DNA from: Chiloscyllium plagiosum
Lineage: Eukaryota
Reading direction: 5' to 3'
NCBI RefSeq assembly: GCF_004010195.1
Contig: NC_057718.1
Location: forward strand, 85,433,625 to 85,497,078
DNA length: 63,454 nt
Shown in pieces: positions 52,445-63,454 of the stretch. Numbering within the stretch: position 1 is the first letter of the stretch; each line of letters begins with the position of its first letter. The notes beneath the pieces were generated by a model. It saw only the letters and a list, made by a program, of their open reading frames with translations, did not search any database and was not told the DNA's origin. A program made the position numbers and the translations under genes.

Positions 52445-52810
52445 AAATTGAGCTTTACTGACACTAATGCAACACTAAGGGAGTGCTGCACTCTCAAATA
52501 TGCCTTTTTATGGATTCGGTGTTAACCTGAGGTCCCATGTGGATGTAAAATATATACTATGTGACGATCAAGAACGTTCTCCTCAGTGTCCTGTTCAATA
52601 TTTATCATTGAAAGGATATCAGTAAATCAGATTAACTGGTCATTAACATATTGTATTTGTGGCACTTTGCCATGAGCATACTGGTCGTATGTGTTACCAG
52701 CAACAATGACAACTTCTCACTTCTATGCGTTTACTTCAAATGTACTTGATTGTATATAAAGCAATTTTTGGCATGATCTGACGTCACAAAAGATGATATA
52801 CAAATGCAAG
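52445..52810 (+). mobile_element. Old Deu-domain-like SINE; related copy near 40545-40960 on the minus strand
   Basis: agggagtgctgcact...tgcc...tttatggattcggtgttaacctgaggtcc resembles the Deu domain as recalled; not verified by search. Confidence 0.55.
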
Positions 52811-52913
52811 AACTTCTTTCTTTCCAGAAAGCCCTGTGCTTTCCTGCTTTAATTAGATCTCATTGTCAACATCTATGTGTTCCACTATTAACAATGGCTC
52901 TTACACAATAATG

Positions 52914-54666
52914 CAGGTAGACAATTCTTTATCCGAAATTCTGTAATCCAAAAAGCTCAAAAGTCCGAAGGTTTTTTTGTGAAGTTTTTTTTCTCATTAA
53001 CAAGGTTGTTTGATGTACAAACAGTTAATCCAAGTCGACACCCACTCGATGCAACGTGTGGGGGTGTGGCCCAGCATCGGCAGGCCTCAATTCTCTCTCA
53101 AGGTCCGTTTTACTGAGTGAGTCTGCTCCTCCTGAGAAAGTTTATAGCCTTAAAACTTCTCCTTAAACATGTAGACTAAAATGTAACTTTGAATTATAGA
53201 ACACATTTGCTGCACACTAGAAAATAGACAGCCAGGGAGGGTAAGACAATTAAGAACATTTGCCTTAACATCAATGAATCTGGATAAACAGGACACCGAG
53301 TGATAACATTCCTTTGTGAAATTAATATCAATTTTTGATTCTGACCTCGAAATGAAACTCTGTATCAATTAACTTCTCTCTCAAATTATTGTCCTTCACT
53401 ATTACCTGTCTAGTTCAGAACATGCAGTGTTTTTGTGAACTTTTTGTGTTTGTGACAGTACAGCCTTTGTAAACTTGCGTGTAAAGGTAGTCTGTTTGAG
53501 ATCGTACAACAGAGTAGCCTGCCAGGGCTCTTGAAGGAAGAGCGATGTCCTACTCTCCTGGGTTATCAGTATCCAGTTAGCCTGACTTATAGGTATCAGT
53601 GTTATGTTGTAACAGTGATGCTATTAGTAAACAAAGGGGATGATCCAAATTAAACTAAACTGTCTGTAAGCGTTTTTTTATTCCAGACTACCAAAGGTGT
53701 GATCTCCGGAAGAACTAAGAGAGGCTTACAGGTTGAGTTCATAAAGAATTCCCTGGACCATCTCAAATCTGTATTTTATCAATTTGGCACTGCGAGAAAG
53801 GTTCCAACAAGGGATATGTTTGAGTGAAACTGGAAAAGGGGAACTTCGCCTGTGGGTCGGACTCGAGACCAACGAGCCCACAAGGTAGGATTACACCTTG
53901 ATTGGTCTTAGTCTGCATCTTTGTGTGATGCTTCCCCATTTCATTCTCACGGTACCTTGACGGAACCCTAAATGAGATTGTTTAAATACGTACTAAAAAC
54001 ATAAACTGTCAGGATTTTAGAATGTCAGGAATGTTTTGCAGAAATCACTAATCTTGTTTGTTGTTGGGGTTGTTGATTAGTGAAAATTTTAGGTCGATAT
54101 TATCTTCTCTGTTGTGTCTGTTCAGCTTGGCATGTCTTGCTTTGCCGTTTTGCTTTGTTTGTCTGCTATGGTTTTGTTCTGTTTGTTTTGGTGTTTATTC
54201 TTTGTTTATGAAATATAGAGCGTGGTTGCTGCTTTTGTCGCATTAAAAAAAAAGCTGGCCAGTGATACAAATCTCGCACACTTGGTAAAGCAGCTACATG
54301 CCACAGCCAGGATTTATGAGGCTAAACTCCCTGAATATGACTTATAGAATGTGAGTCCCTCATTATCCTTAAAATCACTGTAACAGTGATGCTATTAGTA
54401 AATGAAGGGGATGATTAAAATTTAAACTAAACTATCTGTAAGAGTTATTTTTTATTCCAGACTATGATCTCCAGGACGAACAAAGAGAGGATTACAGGTT
54501 GAGTTCATAAGGAATTCCCTGGGCCGTCTCAAATCTGTACTTTATCACACCGGTAAGTATTTTTAAAATTTCACCATCAAACTGTCACTTATTCTGAAAT
54601 TCAAAAAATTCTGAATTCCGAAAACCAGCTAGTCCCAAGCATTTCAGATAAAGGATTATGCACCTG
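52914..54666. mobile_element. Tc1/pogo-type MITE interrupted by a 1.4-kb insert
   Basis: TIRs caggtagacaattctttatccgaaa and tttcagataaaggattatgcacctg; both halves are colinear with the uninterrupted copy at 62034-62353. Confidence 0.85.
53608..54547 (+). mobile_element. Small non-coding LTR-type element: two ~170-bp TG...CA repeats and a PBS-like site
   Basis: TGTAACAGTG...TTTATCA at 53608-53781 and 54379-54547; the first copy is followed by attTGGCACTGCGAGAAAGG. Confidence 0.7.
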
Positions 54667-54785
54667 TACTAAGTAACAAACTTTGCAAAGTGACAGTTTT
54701 AATAATCACAATTTTTAAAAATATAAAGCTACCAAGCAAAAAAAAGCTTCTTAAGTTCAACGGTGTTACTGTAATGAAGACTTAC

Positions 54786-54961
54786 TTCTTCAAGCGGTAT
54801 ATCGATATTGCTCATTGGAACTTTGCCGTCTGTTCTCTGTGCCACAAAGATGCATTTTACTGTGGGACATGACTTTACTGCCTCATCCACCATCTTCTTC
54901 AGCTCAATAACACGACCACCACGTACTCCTTGATTGCAGGTGATAACAGCCTTGCATTGGG
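54786..54961 (-). CDS. ACSS1: ACSS1 coding exon 4 (176 nt)
   Basis: tag|CC...GAA|gtaag; (A)QCKAVITCNQGVRGGRVIELKKMVDEAVKSCPTVKCIFVAQRTDGKVPMSNIDIPLEE. Confidence 0.95.
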
Positions 54962-55724
54962 CTAGTTAGGCAAAGACAAACACTGTCATAATACATTGAT
55001 TTATTTTAAATGCTAAGGAATTGTAATTCTACAGCTAGGAAACTGGATCAAAAAAGGGAAAAGTTTACAGGGCTTTGCAACATGTTCCAAATCAACCGTA
55101 AAAAGGCTGACACTCAGTGGTCTTGACATTCAGTATCCAGGTAGCTGCCTGAACCTGGTGTTAGGCCCTTTGTGAATGTTAGCACTCCTTCCAGACATTA
55201 AGTGAAACTCAGTGCAGTCAGTGCTTTCCTCAGGCTTTCTAGAATTTGATACAGCCTCCAGCACATACTGAAGCAGCACATACGGGCTATTCTATGTTCT
55301 AAATTATTTTTCTCAAAAATATTGTCATCCAAATGTGGTTATTAAGTGGTCCAGTCATCTGTAAGAGTTCTTGCAACATTGTTGCACATTTGAGAATATA
55401 ATGTTTGTCATTGGGTTCAGCAGTACCCTTGCTCATTGTGCTGCTAACCACATCCTGGTTGCACAAATATACTGCCTGCCACTGTCAACCCAGTCACACC
55501 ATCCCTTTATACCAGCAGCCCAGCTTGTCAAGCAGCAGGAAGTGGATGCTCCATTTAGAGTACATAGCATGTTTGCCTCAAATTGAAATGAGGTCAGGAC
55601 ATCTAAAACATGAAGACTTTTTATGCCATTTCAAACATTCACTAAACAACATGTCTGTTAACTTGACCATATGACATTTCAAAGAATAATCTGTGCAGCT
55701 ACATTAGAACCTTGGCTCATTGTA

Positions 55725-56250
55725 CAGTCATACAGTCATAGAGACATACAGCATTGAAACAGACCCTTTGGTCCAACTCACTCATGCCAACCAGATATCC
55801 TAAAATAAACTCATCCCATTTGCCAGCACCTGGCCCATATCCCTCCAAACCCTTCCTATTCAAATATCCATCCAGATGCCTTTTTATTGTTCTAATTATA
55901 TCAGCCTCCACCACTTCGTCTGGCAACTCATTCCATATATGCACCACTCTTTGCATGAAAAAGTTGCACCTTAGGTCCCTTTTATATTATTTCCCCTCGC
56001 CCTAAACCTATGCCCTCTAGTTCTGGACTTCCCCCATCCCACCTTCTCCATGCCCTTCATGATCTTAATAAATCTCTATAAGGTCACCCTTCAGCCTCCA
56101 ATGCTTCAGAAAAAACAGCCCGAGCCTATTCAGCCTCTCCCTATAGCTCAAACCCTCCAACTCTGGCAACCTCCTTGTAAATCTTTTCTGAACCCTTTCA
56201 AATTTCTCAACATCCTTCCTATAGGAGGGAGATCAGAATTGCATGTTATT
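55725..56250 (-). mobile_element. CR1 3' fragment
   Basis: QRVVHIWNELPDEVVEA; tail (ctgtatga)n on the minus strand. Confidence 0.9.
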
Positions 56251-57011
56251 TTCTGAAAAGAGACTATTGCATGAGTATTGGAAGCTAAGTGACACACTGG
56301 AAACAGAAATGAATTTGAACACTTTTGTGCATGACCTATTTCCACAACACAAAAATAATCCAAGACCAATAATACAATTCAAGATGACTATCTAATGTAA
56401 TACAAATAAAATTACAGAACTGTTCCTTACTTTCCCTGTGTAAAGTCTATTTTCACCACACAAATTACTCTGAACTTCAGTGTTGATCTCGTTAATGTTG
56501 ATCTTGCTTGGCACACCTCCTGTCCAGTATTATCTATATGCTTCACTCTAAGTACCACAGGATCTGTACATCTTTGCTTGCTATGATCTGCCTGTACTGC
56601 TCACAAACAAAGTATAGCTTTTCACTATACTTAGGTACACATGACTACAATAAATCAAATCAAATTAACAGCATATATATTTTCTTAAATATAAACCGAA
56701 AGTGCTGGAAGATGCAATGATCATGACCTGAAACATTAACACTGCTTCTCTCTTCCCACATACTGTCAGACCTGCTGAACATTTAAAGCATTTTCTGTTT
56801 TTATTTTAGATTTCCAGCAGCGCCAGCACTTTGTTTTCAGATATATATTTATTTAATGGGATTGCAGATTCCTTCCATTTATTTGATTATCCGTTAAATT
56901 GAAAACAGAATCAATTAAAAATGTTAATTGGATAAACTGATATCAATTTAGCAAATGCACCTTGCAGACCAATGAATGCAGGACAATCCACATTGATATT
57001 CCCTCTAAATC

Positions 57012-57267
57012 ACACAGCACTGCCCTTTGATGTGAAGGGCAGTGTTTGTCACTGGCCACCCGGATGTTTTCCTATCATCCTGGCGGTGGAATTTGAATAA
57101 AGATTCGTGCACTTTGTGTCTTTCACTGTGTCTCACACCTGCACACACACACCATGGGTGCTGGGAAAAAAATAAGCACTACCGCACTTAGGTGGTAGTG
57201 TGGGGGTGAAATTTTTTAAAAAATTTAAAAAAATAAACAGGAGAAATTTGATTCGTGCGAAAAAAAA
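57012..57267 (+). mobile_element. 5'-truncated poly(A) retroposon tail with a 14-bp target duplication
   Basis: attccctctaaatc at 56998-57011 and 57268-57281; internal AATAAA; A-rich end. Confidence 0.75.
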
Positions 57268-57556
57268 ATTCCCTCTAAATCGTTTTTCGGTGCGCAGACC
57301 TCTGTAGCAGTGACTTCCAAAACTAGAAGTCAATGCATTGGCAAACTGATTGGCATACACAGAGAATGGTGTAGCTGTGTGACTGCACAGTTCAGAAGGA
57401 ACGTTGGTCCAGATGCAAGATTTTTATATTCTTTTGAGTGCAGCATTTGTTGACTGTCCATAAATGCCCTTTGCAACTCACTGCTTGTTAATTTATCTTA
57501 GATGGCCATTGCTGTGGGTCTGGAGTCACATGTAGACTAGGACAGCTAATCTCCAT

Positions 57557-58559
57557 GGGGTAAAAACAATAACTGCAGATGCTGGAAACCAGATTCTGGA
57601 TCAGTGGTGCTGGAAGAGCACAGCAATTCAGGCAGCATCCAACGTGCAGCGAAATCGACGTTTCGGGCAAAAGCCCTTCATCAGGAATAAAGGCAGAGAG
57701 CCTGAAGCGTGGAGAGATAAGCTAGGGGAGAGTGGGGGTGGGGAGAGAGTAGCATAGAGTACAATGGGTGAGTGGGGGAGGAGATGAAGGTGATAGGTCA
57801 GGGAGGAGAGGGTGGAGTGGATAGGTGGGAAAGGAACTAGGCAGGTCGGACAAGTCCGGACAAGTCAAGGGGACAGTGCTGAACTGGAAGTTTGAAACTC
57901 GGATAAGGCGGGGCAAGGGGAAATGAGGAAGCTGTTGAAGTCCACATTGATGCCTTCGGGTTGAAGTGTTCCGAGGCGGAAGATGAGGCGTTCTTCCTCC
58001 AGGCATCTGGTGGTGAGGGAGCGGCGGTGAAGGAGGCCCAGGACCTCCATGTCCTCGGCAGAATGGAAGGGGGAGTTGAAATGTTGGACCACAGGGCGGT
58101 TTGGTTGATTGGTGCGGGTGTCACGGAGATGTCCCCTAAAGCGCTCTGCTAGGCGGCGCCCAGTCTCCCCAATGTAGAGGGGAGCGGTCTTTGCGGAAGG
58201 CGGAGAGGGGTGGGGAGGGAAATATATCCCTGGTGGTGGGGTCTGTTTGGAGGTGGCGGAAATGTCGGCAGGTGATTTGGTTTATGGGAAGGTTGGTAGG
58301 GTGGAAGGTGAGGAGCAGGGGCGTTCTGTCCTTGTTGTGGTTGGAGGGGTTGGGTCTGAGGGCGGAGGTGCGGGATGTGGACGAGATGTGTTGGAGGGCA
58401 TCTTTAACCACGTGGGAAGGGAAATTGCGGTCTCTAAAGAAGGAGGCCATCTGGTGTGTTCTATGGTGGAACTGGTCCTCCTGGGAGCAGATACGGCGGA
58501 GGTGGAGGAATTGGGAATACGGGATGGCATTTTTGCAAGAGATAGGATGGGAAGAGGTG
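57557..58559 (-). mobile_element. Penelope family B 3' part (linker, GIY-YIG C-terminus, terminal repeat)
   Basis: MASFFRDRNFPSHVV...PLLLTFHP and QHFNSPFHS...EEERLIFRLGTLQPEGINVDF; target duplication taatctccat at 57547-57556 and 58560-58569. Confidence 0.9.
57654..57687 (-). ncRNA. Minimal hammerhead ribozyme motif (family B, best-preserved copy)
   Basis: TTC-CTGATGA-A-GGGC-TTTT-GCCC-GAAA-CG-TC-GAT: palindromic ACGT helix III, GUC cleavage triplet, short helix I. Confidence 0.75.
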
Positions 58560-58815
58560 TAATCTCCATCCCCAAGGCATATAAGTTAATCGTTATTACA
58601 ATCAATGATCATTTCGTGGTTGCCATTATTACCAAGACAAGCTTTTAATACCAGGTATTTATGAATTACTTGAACTTAGATTGAACCCATGCCTCCAGTA
58701 GACTGAACCTCTGACATGACCTGTTCCACCATCTAACTGCTTGATTTGAAAATGGATGTGACTCTTCAACAAATTAATCAGCAAAAAGAAATGTGAAAGA
58801 TCTTTGTTGACTTAC

Positions 58816-59015
58816 CATCAGAGATCCTTTCACTCAGTGCATGGCTGCTAAAACCTGCAAAGACTACTGTATGCACGGCACCAATCCTAGCACAAGCCAA
58901 CATTGAAGCTATACCAATAGGAGATACTGGGAGATAGATTGCGACTCTGTCCCCTTTCTGCACCCCATGACGCTTCAAAGTGTTAGCCAGTCGACACGTG
59001 GTCTCCAAAAGTTCC
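58816..59015 (-). CDS. ACSS1: ACSS1 coding exon 3 (200 nt)
   Basis: tgcag|G...G|gtaag; [66 protein letters not shown]; phase fits exons 2 and 4. Confidence 0.97.
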
Positions 59016-60075
59016 CTGCAACACAAAACATCCATTTACTAATCACTGGGGAGAGGGCAGGCAGGTGTAGTTGTGGACAATCACTCAAGTGTCCATCAGG
59101 TACCAGGACAGCAGTTAAAAATGGATCACGTTAAACGACTGCTCTGTTAAAATTTGAAAATGGCTGAGGAGTGAAGAGGCTGCCTGAATTAACAGGAGCC
59201 TCATACATGTATGCACAATAGTTTTTTTTTGCCAGTATCCTGTCACCAAGTCACCCTTTATTTACATGTGCACAATACATGGACTTGACCAGCTAGCTCA
59301 GAGCCAGTTCCTAGACTGAGAAGACTCTCTAGTACTCCTTTTTTTTTAATTGCCCCATTCTACTGCTGCACCGAAGGAGGACTCAGCAGTGGTACTTATA
59401 CTTCCCACAAATCACCTGTGGCTGTGTGTGTGTCTATGGCAACATAGTAAAAAGACACCATTGTGCAAAAATGTTATTCGATATTTTCCACCACCAATGT
59501 GGCTAGTGAAACATTAACAAGTAATGCCTGATAAGGGCAATGCTTGCATGAAAAACATGAAGGGGAAGGGGATAGGGAGACCACGTGGGGTTCTGTTAAA
59601 TCATTGGCATTCAACCCCAATTTAAACCAGTGGAGACAGCTGTACACAGGATTAGGGTTTGAAGGAGTCTTTACAAGTAGTTTAAAACTGCTTTGTTTTA
59701 CACTACCTTGAAAGTAAGTGTACCTCTAGGCCTCACAAGTGAATTGCAGCATTCATCTGCCTTAAACGCCACCATCCCTCACACTGAGAGTAACAAATAA
59801 TTATTTCTTATGATAATTCCATATTCATAGTATGAGGCTGACACTCTGAACCAGATGGTTATTATCAGCTTAAGTTTTATTTGTTTGTGGAATCTAGGAA
59901 ACTCTGGCAAGGTCGTACTTATTACTCCTCTGTTCTTGCCCTGAGAGCATAAAGAGTCAGGAATTTCAATTTGGAGTCATATATAGGCTGGACATGGTAA
60001 CTTCCAATGGAAGGATACTAGCTTTAATCATGATAAACCAGCGTTCTTTGATTAATCGAATTAATTTTAAAAAGT

Positions 60076-60401
60076 GGGCAGCACGGTGGCACAGTGGTTA
60101 GCACTGCTGCCTCACAGCGCCAGAGACCCGGGTTCAATTCCAGCCTCAGGCGACTGACTGTGTGGAGTTTGCACGTTCTCCCCGTGTCTTTGTGGGTTTC
60201 CTCCGGGTGCTCCGGTTTCCTCCCACAATCCAAAGATGTGCAGGTCAGGTGAATTGGACGATACCTTGCCCGTAGTGTTAGGTAAGGGGTAAATGTAGGG
60301 GTATGGGTGGGTTGCGCTTCGGCGGGGCGGTGTGGATTTGTTGGGCCGAAGGGCCTGTTTCCACACTGTAAGTAATCTAATCTAATCTAATCTAATCTAA
60401 T
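60076..60401 (+). mobile_element. HE1-type tRNA-derived SINE, full length
   Basis: A box TGGCACAGTGG, B box GGTTCAATTCC, central gtgtggagtttgcacgttctccccgtgtc, and a (TCTAA)5 tail. Confidence 0.9.
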
Positions 60402-60517
60402 TTATTTAATTGCACACCTTTCACATATTTAATTGAATTTAAGATTATTTGTTAAACTGCTTTAAAGTTCCACCTGCTCCAGAGGTGTGTAATAACATCC
60501 CTGAACAGGTTGATTGG

Positions 60518-61278
60518 TGTTATGAAGTTAAAGGCATGTATTGTACCTTTAAGAGAGAGGGAGTGCTGTTGTACTGAGAGCTTACAAGCACCTGTGATAT
60601 ATGACTAAGTCCCAGAGTGTCCTGGAAAATTGAAAATATGTAATATTTGACTGTGAAATGGATACCTGAGTTTTGGATGCTGTTTTGACAACAATTTGAA
60701 TTTAACCAATCAGTTTAAATTACGCCCCAGGCAACTAAAACCCATTCAAGTTTGAATCTACTGTTTTGCCAACATCAAATCAATGAGACAATCCAAAGTT
60801 GAGGATATAAAAAAGGCAGGCATTTTGAAAATCAGACAGAGCAGCTGCCATCAACACAGATCCAAGAAATTAGGAGACATTCTCTATCAAAGGTACCTTT
60901 CCATATGAAACATATTTGCAGTAAAAGGAAAGAAAACGACCCAGGGATAGCTTCAGCTGGAAGAAGACAGACACCAAAGATGGCAGTCGCTGTATGGTTT
61001 TGAAATTAAGTTGATGTGATTTTAATAAATGTTTTATTGGAACAATATATTGTTATAGAGTTGGAGGCAGATAATAAGCAGTTAAGAGAAAGGGGGCTCA
61101 GAGTTGTGAATAGTTGTTGTTTCAGGTTCAGGGTGAAATAAATAAATTGATGTTATTTTCTTTAATAGTGAAATTTGGGAGTTCTCTATCACTCATATTT
61201 TAATAGATTATGAGGCAAGGTGACCTTTTCTCGGTGTTTGGTTTAATTAACAGAAGGGTTCACAGCCGTATTGTAACA
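60518..61278 (+). mobile_element. Solo LTR (761 bp)
   Basis: TGTTA...TAACA inverted termini, internal TATAAAA and AATAAA, flanks ATTGG/ATTAG (5-bp duplication with one mismatch). Confidence 0.85.
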
Positions 61279-61327
61279 ATTAGAAATATAAATAGTTTAA
61301 AGGGTTATTGTGTACTAAAGATTGTAC

Positions 61328-61424
61328 CTGTAAGTAATCCTTATTTCTGTGCCTGGTTCATCTCTCTCCCAGATCAAAGCCACTCTGTTGGGGTACTGGT
61401 TGGCATGACGATCTAAGCAATTCA
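61328..61424 (-). CDS. ACSS1: ACSS1 coding exon 2 (97 nt)
   Basis: cag|TG...AG|gtaca; translates (V)[31 protein letters not shown](R), matching the recalled vertebrate ACSS1 segment NCLDQH...[18 protein letters not shown]. Not in the ORF track. Confidence 0.95.
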
Positions 61425-62033
61425 CTGAGGGGAAAAAAAAATCAAAGTTATTACAATAGATTAAATGATAACTGTTAGAGGTGACAGCTGATGCAAAAAA
61501 AACAGCTTGTATTTTTTTGCTTCATTTAACAACAGCTCTCAACTTACTAAAACATCCCAAGATGCTTCACAAGTATGTTACAAAATGAAAGATAGGGAGA
61601 GAAAAGAACAACCAGATGACAAAAAACTTGGTGAAAGAAGTAGGTTTTAAGGTGGGTTTTAAGAGAGGCAGAAGTGTTTAGGATTATATAGCTATGAGCT
61701 ACGCAATATACTAGCTGCATCTCCCTGAAGGTTTATACAATTAATAGGTCATCGTATATAATAAACATAGAGGGGGTGCTCACACAAATATCATGAAAAT
61801 TCTTTTCTAGAAATCCCCTCCTGACAATGAACATGTTAATATATTTACTTCACAGAGTAATCCTGTGCTATCTTAGAATCTCACAACACAGAAGTAAGCT
61901 ATTTGACTCATCACTCATGTGTTGATTCTTTGAAGGAGTTATTCCAGTTAGTTCTCATACTTCATTCTTTGTAATACGGCCCTGAAAACCTTTCCATTTC
62001 AGGTATTTATCTGTCTCCTTTTGAAATTTACTA

Positions 62034-62353
62034 CAGGTAGACAATCCTTTATCTGAAATCCGAAAAGCTCCAAAATCCAAAGGTTTTTTTGTGAAGTTTT
62101 TATCTCATGAACAAGGTTGTTTGGCATGCAACCAGTTAACCCAACTCCACACCCACTCGATGTGTGACGTGGTCCAGCACTGGCAGGCCTCAATTCTGTC
62201 TCAGGGCCCGTCATAATCACTGTGAGTCTGCTGTTCGATAAGATCTTTTAAAATATTTCACAGTTGAACTGTCACCTACTCTGAAATTCGAAAAATTCCG
62301 AATTCTGAAAACCAGCTAGTGCGGAGCGTTTCAAATAAAGGATTGTGTACCTG
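62034..62353. mobile_element. Tc1/pogo-type MITE
   Basis: TA|CAGGTAGACAATCCTTTATCTGAAA ... TTTCAAATAAAGGATTGTGTACCTG|TA. Confidence 0.9.
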
Positions 62354-63149
62354 TACTACATCTAATTTAACCATCCTTTTGGGCACTGTACTCCAGATTA
62401 CAAAACATAGCTCTGCCAAAGATTTCTCCGCACCTTTCCCCTGATTCTTTAGTCAATTACTTTAAATTACTGGCTAGCAACCTATTTCTCTCAGTGCATT
62501 TAACTGAGTATGTTGTCATAAAGGTGCTTTATATAGTGTAATTGCACTAAAGTTGAGAACATTTCAAAGACAGAGATATCAGAAGGACAATTAAAAGCTC
62601 GAAGGTGGATTTTTTGATGTGTCTTTAAAGAGAGGGAAGGAAAAAACAGTGAGATTTACATTCCCAATGAGGAATTCCAGAGCTTAGGGTCTAGATAACC
62701 AAAGGCATGGCCAGCAATTCTGTGGTGAAGTAAGTGGAGGATATGCAAGTAATAAGAATTGAAGGACCACAGTTCTCAGTAATTAAAAGGCTCGGTAAGG
62801 TTACAGAGATATGGAGAGGCAAGACCATGAAGAGATTTAAGCACAAGAATGAGTTTTTAAATCAAGAGGTTCAGGGTCTGGGAGGTAACATAAATCAGTG
62901 GTGCACAGTGGTAAGGGCAGAGCAGAACTTTGCACAAATTATGAAATGGGCAGCCAAGCTCTGGATGAGTTGATGAGTAATGAAAAATGGGTCACTAGCT
63001 GGAGAGCACTGGAATAGTCAAATGTACTGACAGCCAAAGGAAAACCCCCCATAATTAAGTCTCAAGCCAGGAAGGTCCCAAGTGGGAAACTGATCCACTT
63101 GTGGCAGGAAATCAGTTAGGCTTATTTCAAATTGACATAAATTAACCCT

Positions 63150-63454
63150 GAGGAGAAAGTGAGGGCTGCAGATGCTGGAGATCAGAGCTGAAAATGTGTT
63201 GCTGGAAAAGCGCAGCAGGTCAGGCAGCATCCAAGGAACAGGAGAATCGACATTTCGGGCATAAGCCCTTCTTCAGGAATGAGGAAAATGTGTCCAGCAG
63301 GCTAAGATAAAAGGTAGGGAGGAGGGACTTGGGGGAGGGGCTTTGGAAATGCGATAGCTGGAGGGAGGTCAAGGTGAGGGTGATAGGCCGCAGTGGAGTG
63401 GGGGCAGAGAGGTCAGGAAGATGATTGCAGGTTAGGAAGGCGGTGCTGAGTTCG
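63150..63454 (-). mobile_element. Penelope family B terminal repeat running off the window
   Basis: Similar to 57560-57900; CTGAAGA-A-GGGC-TTAT-GCCC-GAAATGTC near 63247-63277. Confidence 0.85.

Noticed and set aside
60076..60150. A tRNA gene
   Set aside because: The A and B boxes continue into a SINE body and (TCTAA)n tail that is present in three copies.
18008..61424. ACSS2, ACSS3, a bacterial acs gene or a pseudogene
   Set aside because: The peptides and exon boundaries match recalled ACSS1, all exons have canonical splice sites, and the joined frame has no stops.

Overview
Vertebrate genomic DNA, most likely from a shark or other cartilaginous fish (inferred from HE1-type SINEs, Deu-domain SINEs and the CR1/Penelope repertoire), with three N-gaps. 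The minus strand carries coding exons 2-12 of the mitochondrial acetyl-CoA synthetase gene ACSS1. All 11 exons have AG/GT ends, continuous frame and the expected AMP-binding motifs; exons 1, 13 and 14 were not found. The introns hold CR1 and L1 LINEs, Penelope-like elements with minimal hammerhead ribozyme motifs, SINEs, solo LTRs, TA-flanked MITEs, a 39-bp minisatellite and short tandem duplications. The most unusual structure is in intron 12: a circularly permuted class I endogenous retrovirus (gag 3' part, pro, partial pol, one partial LTR, tRNA-Pro PBS, leader, gag 5' part). It is opened inside the matrix domain and inserted into ORF1 of an L1, which itself sits in an LTR-like repeat. This arrangement fits reintegration of a circular DNA and leaves an in-frame L1 ORF1-Gag fusion. 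Family names and comparisons to human ACSS1 are from recall, not from database searches.
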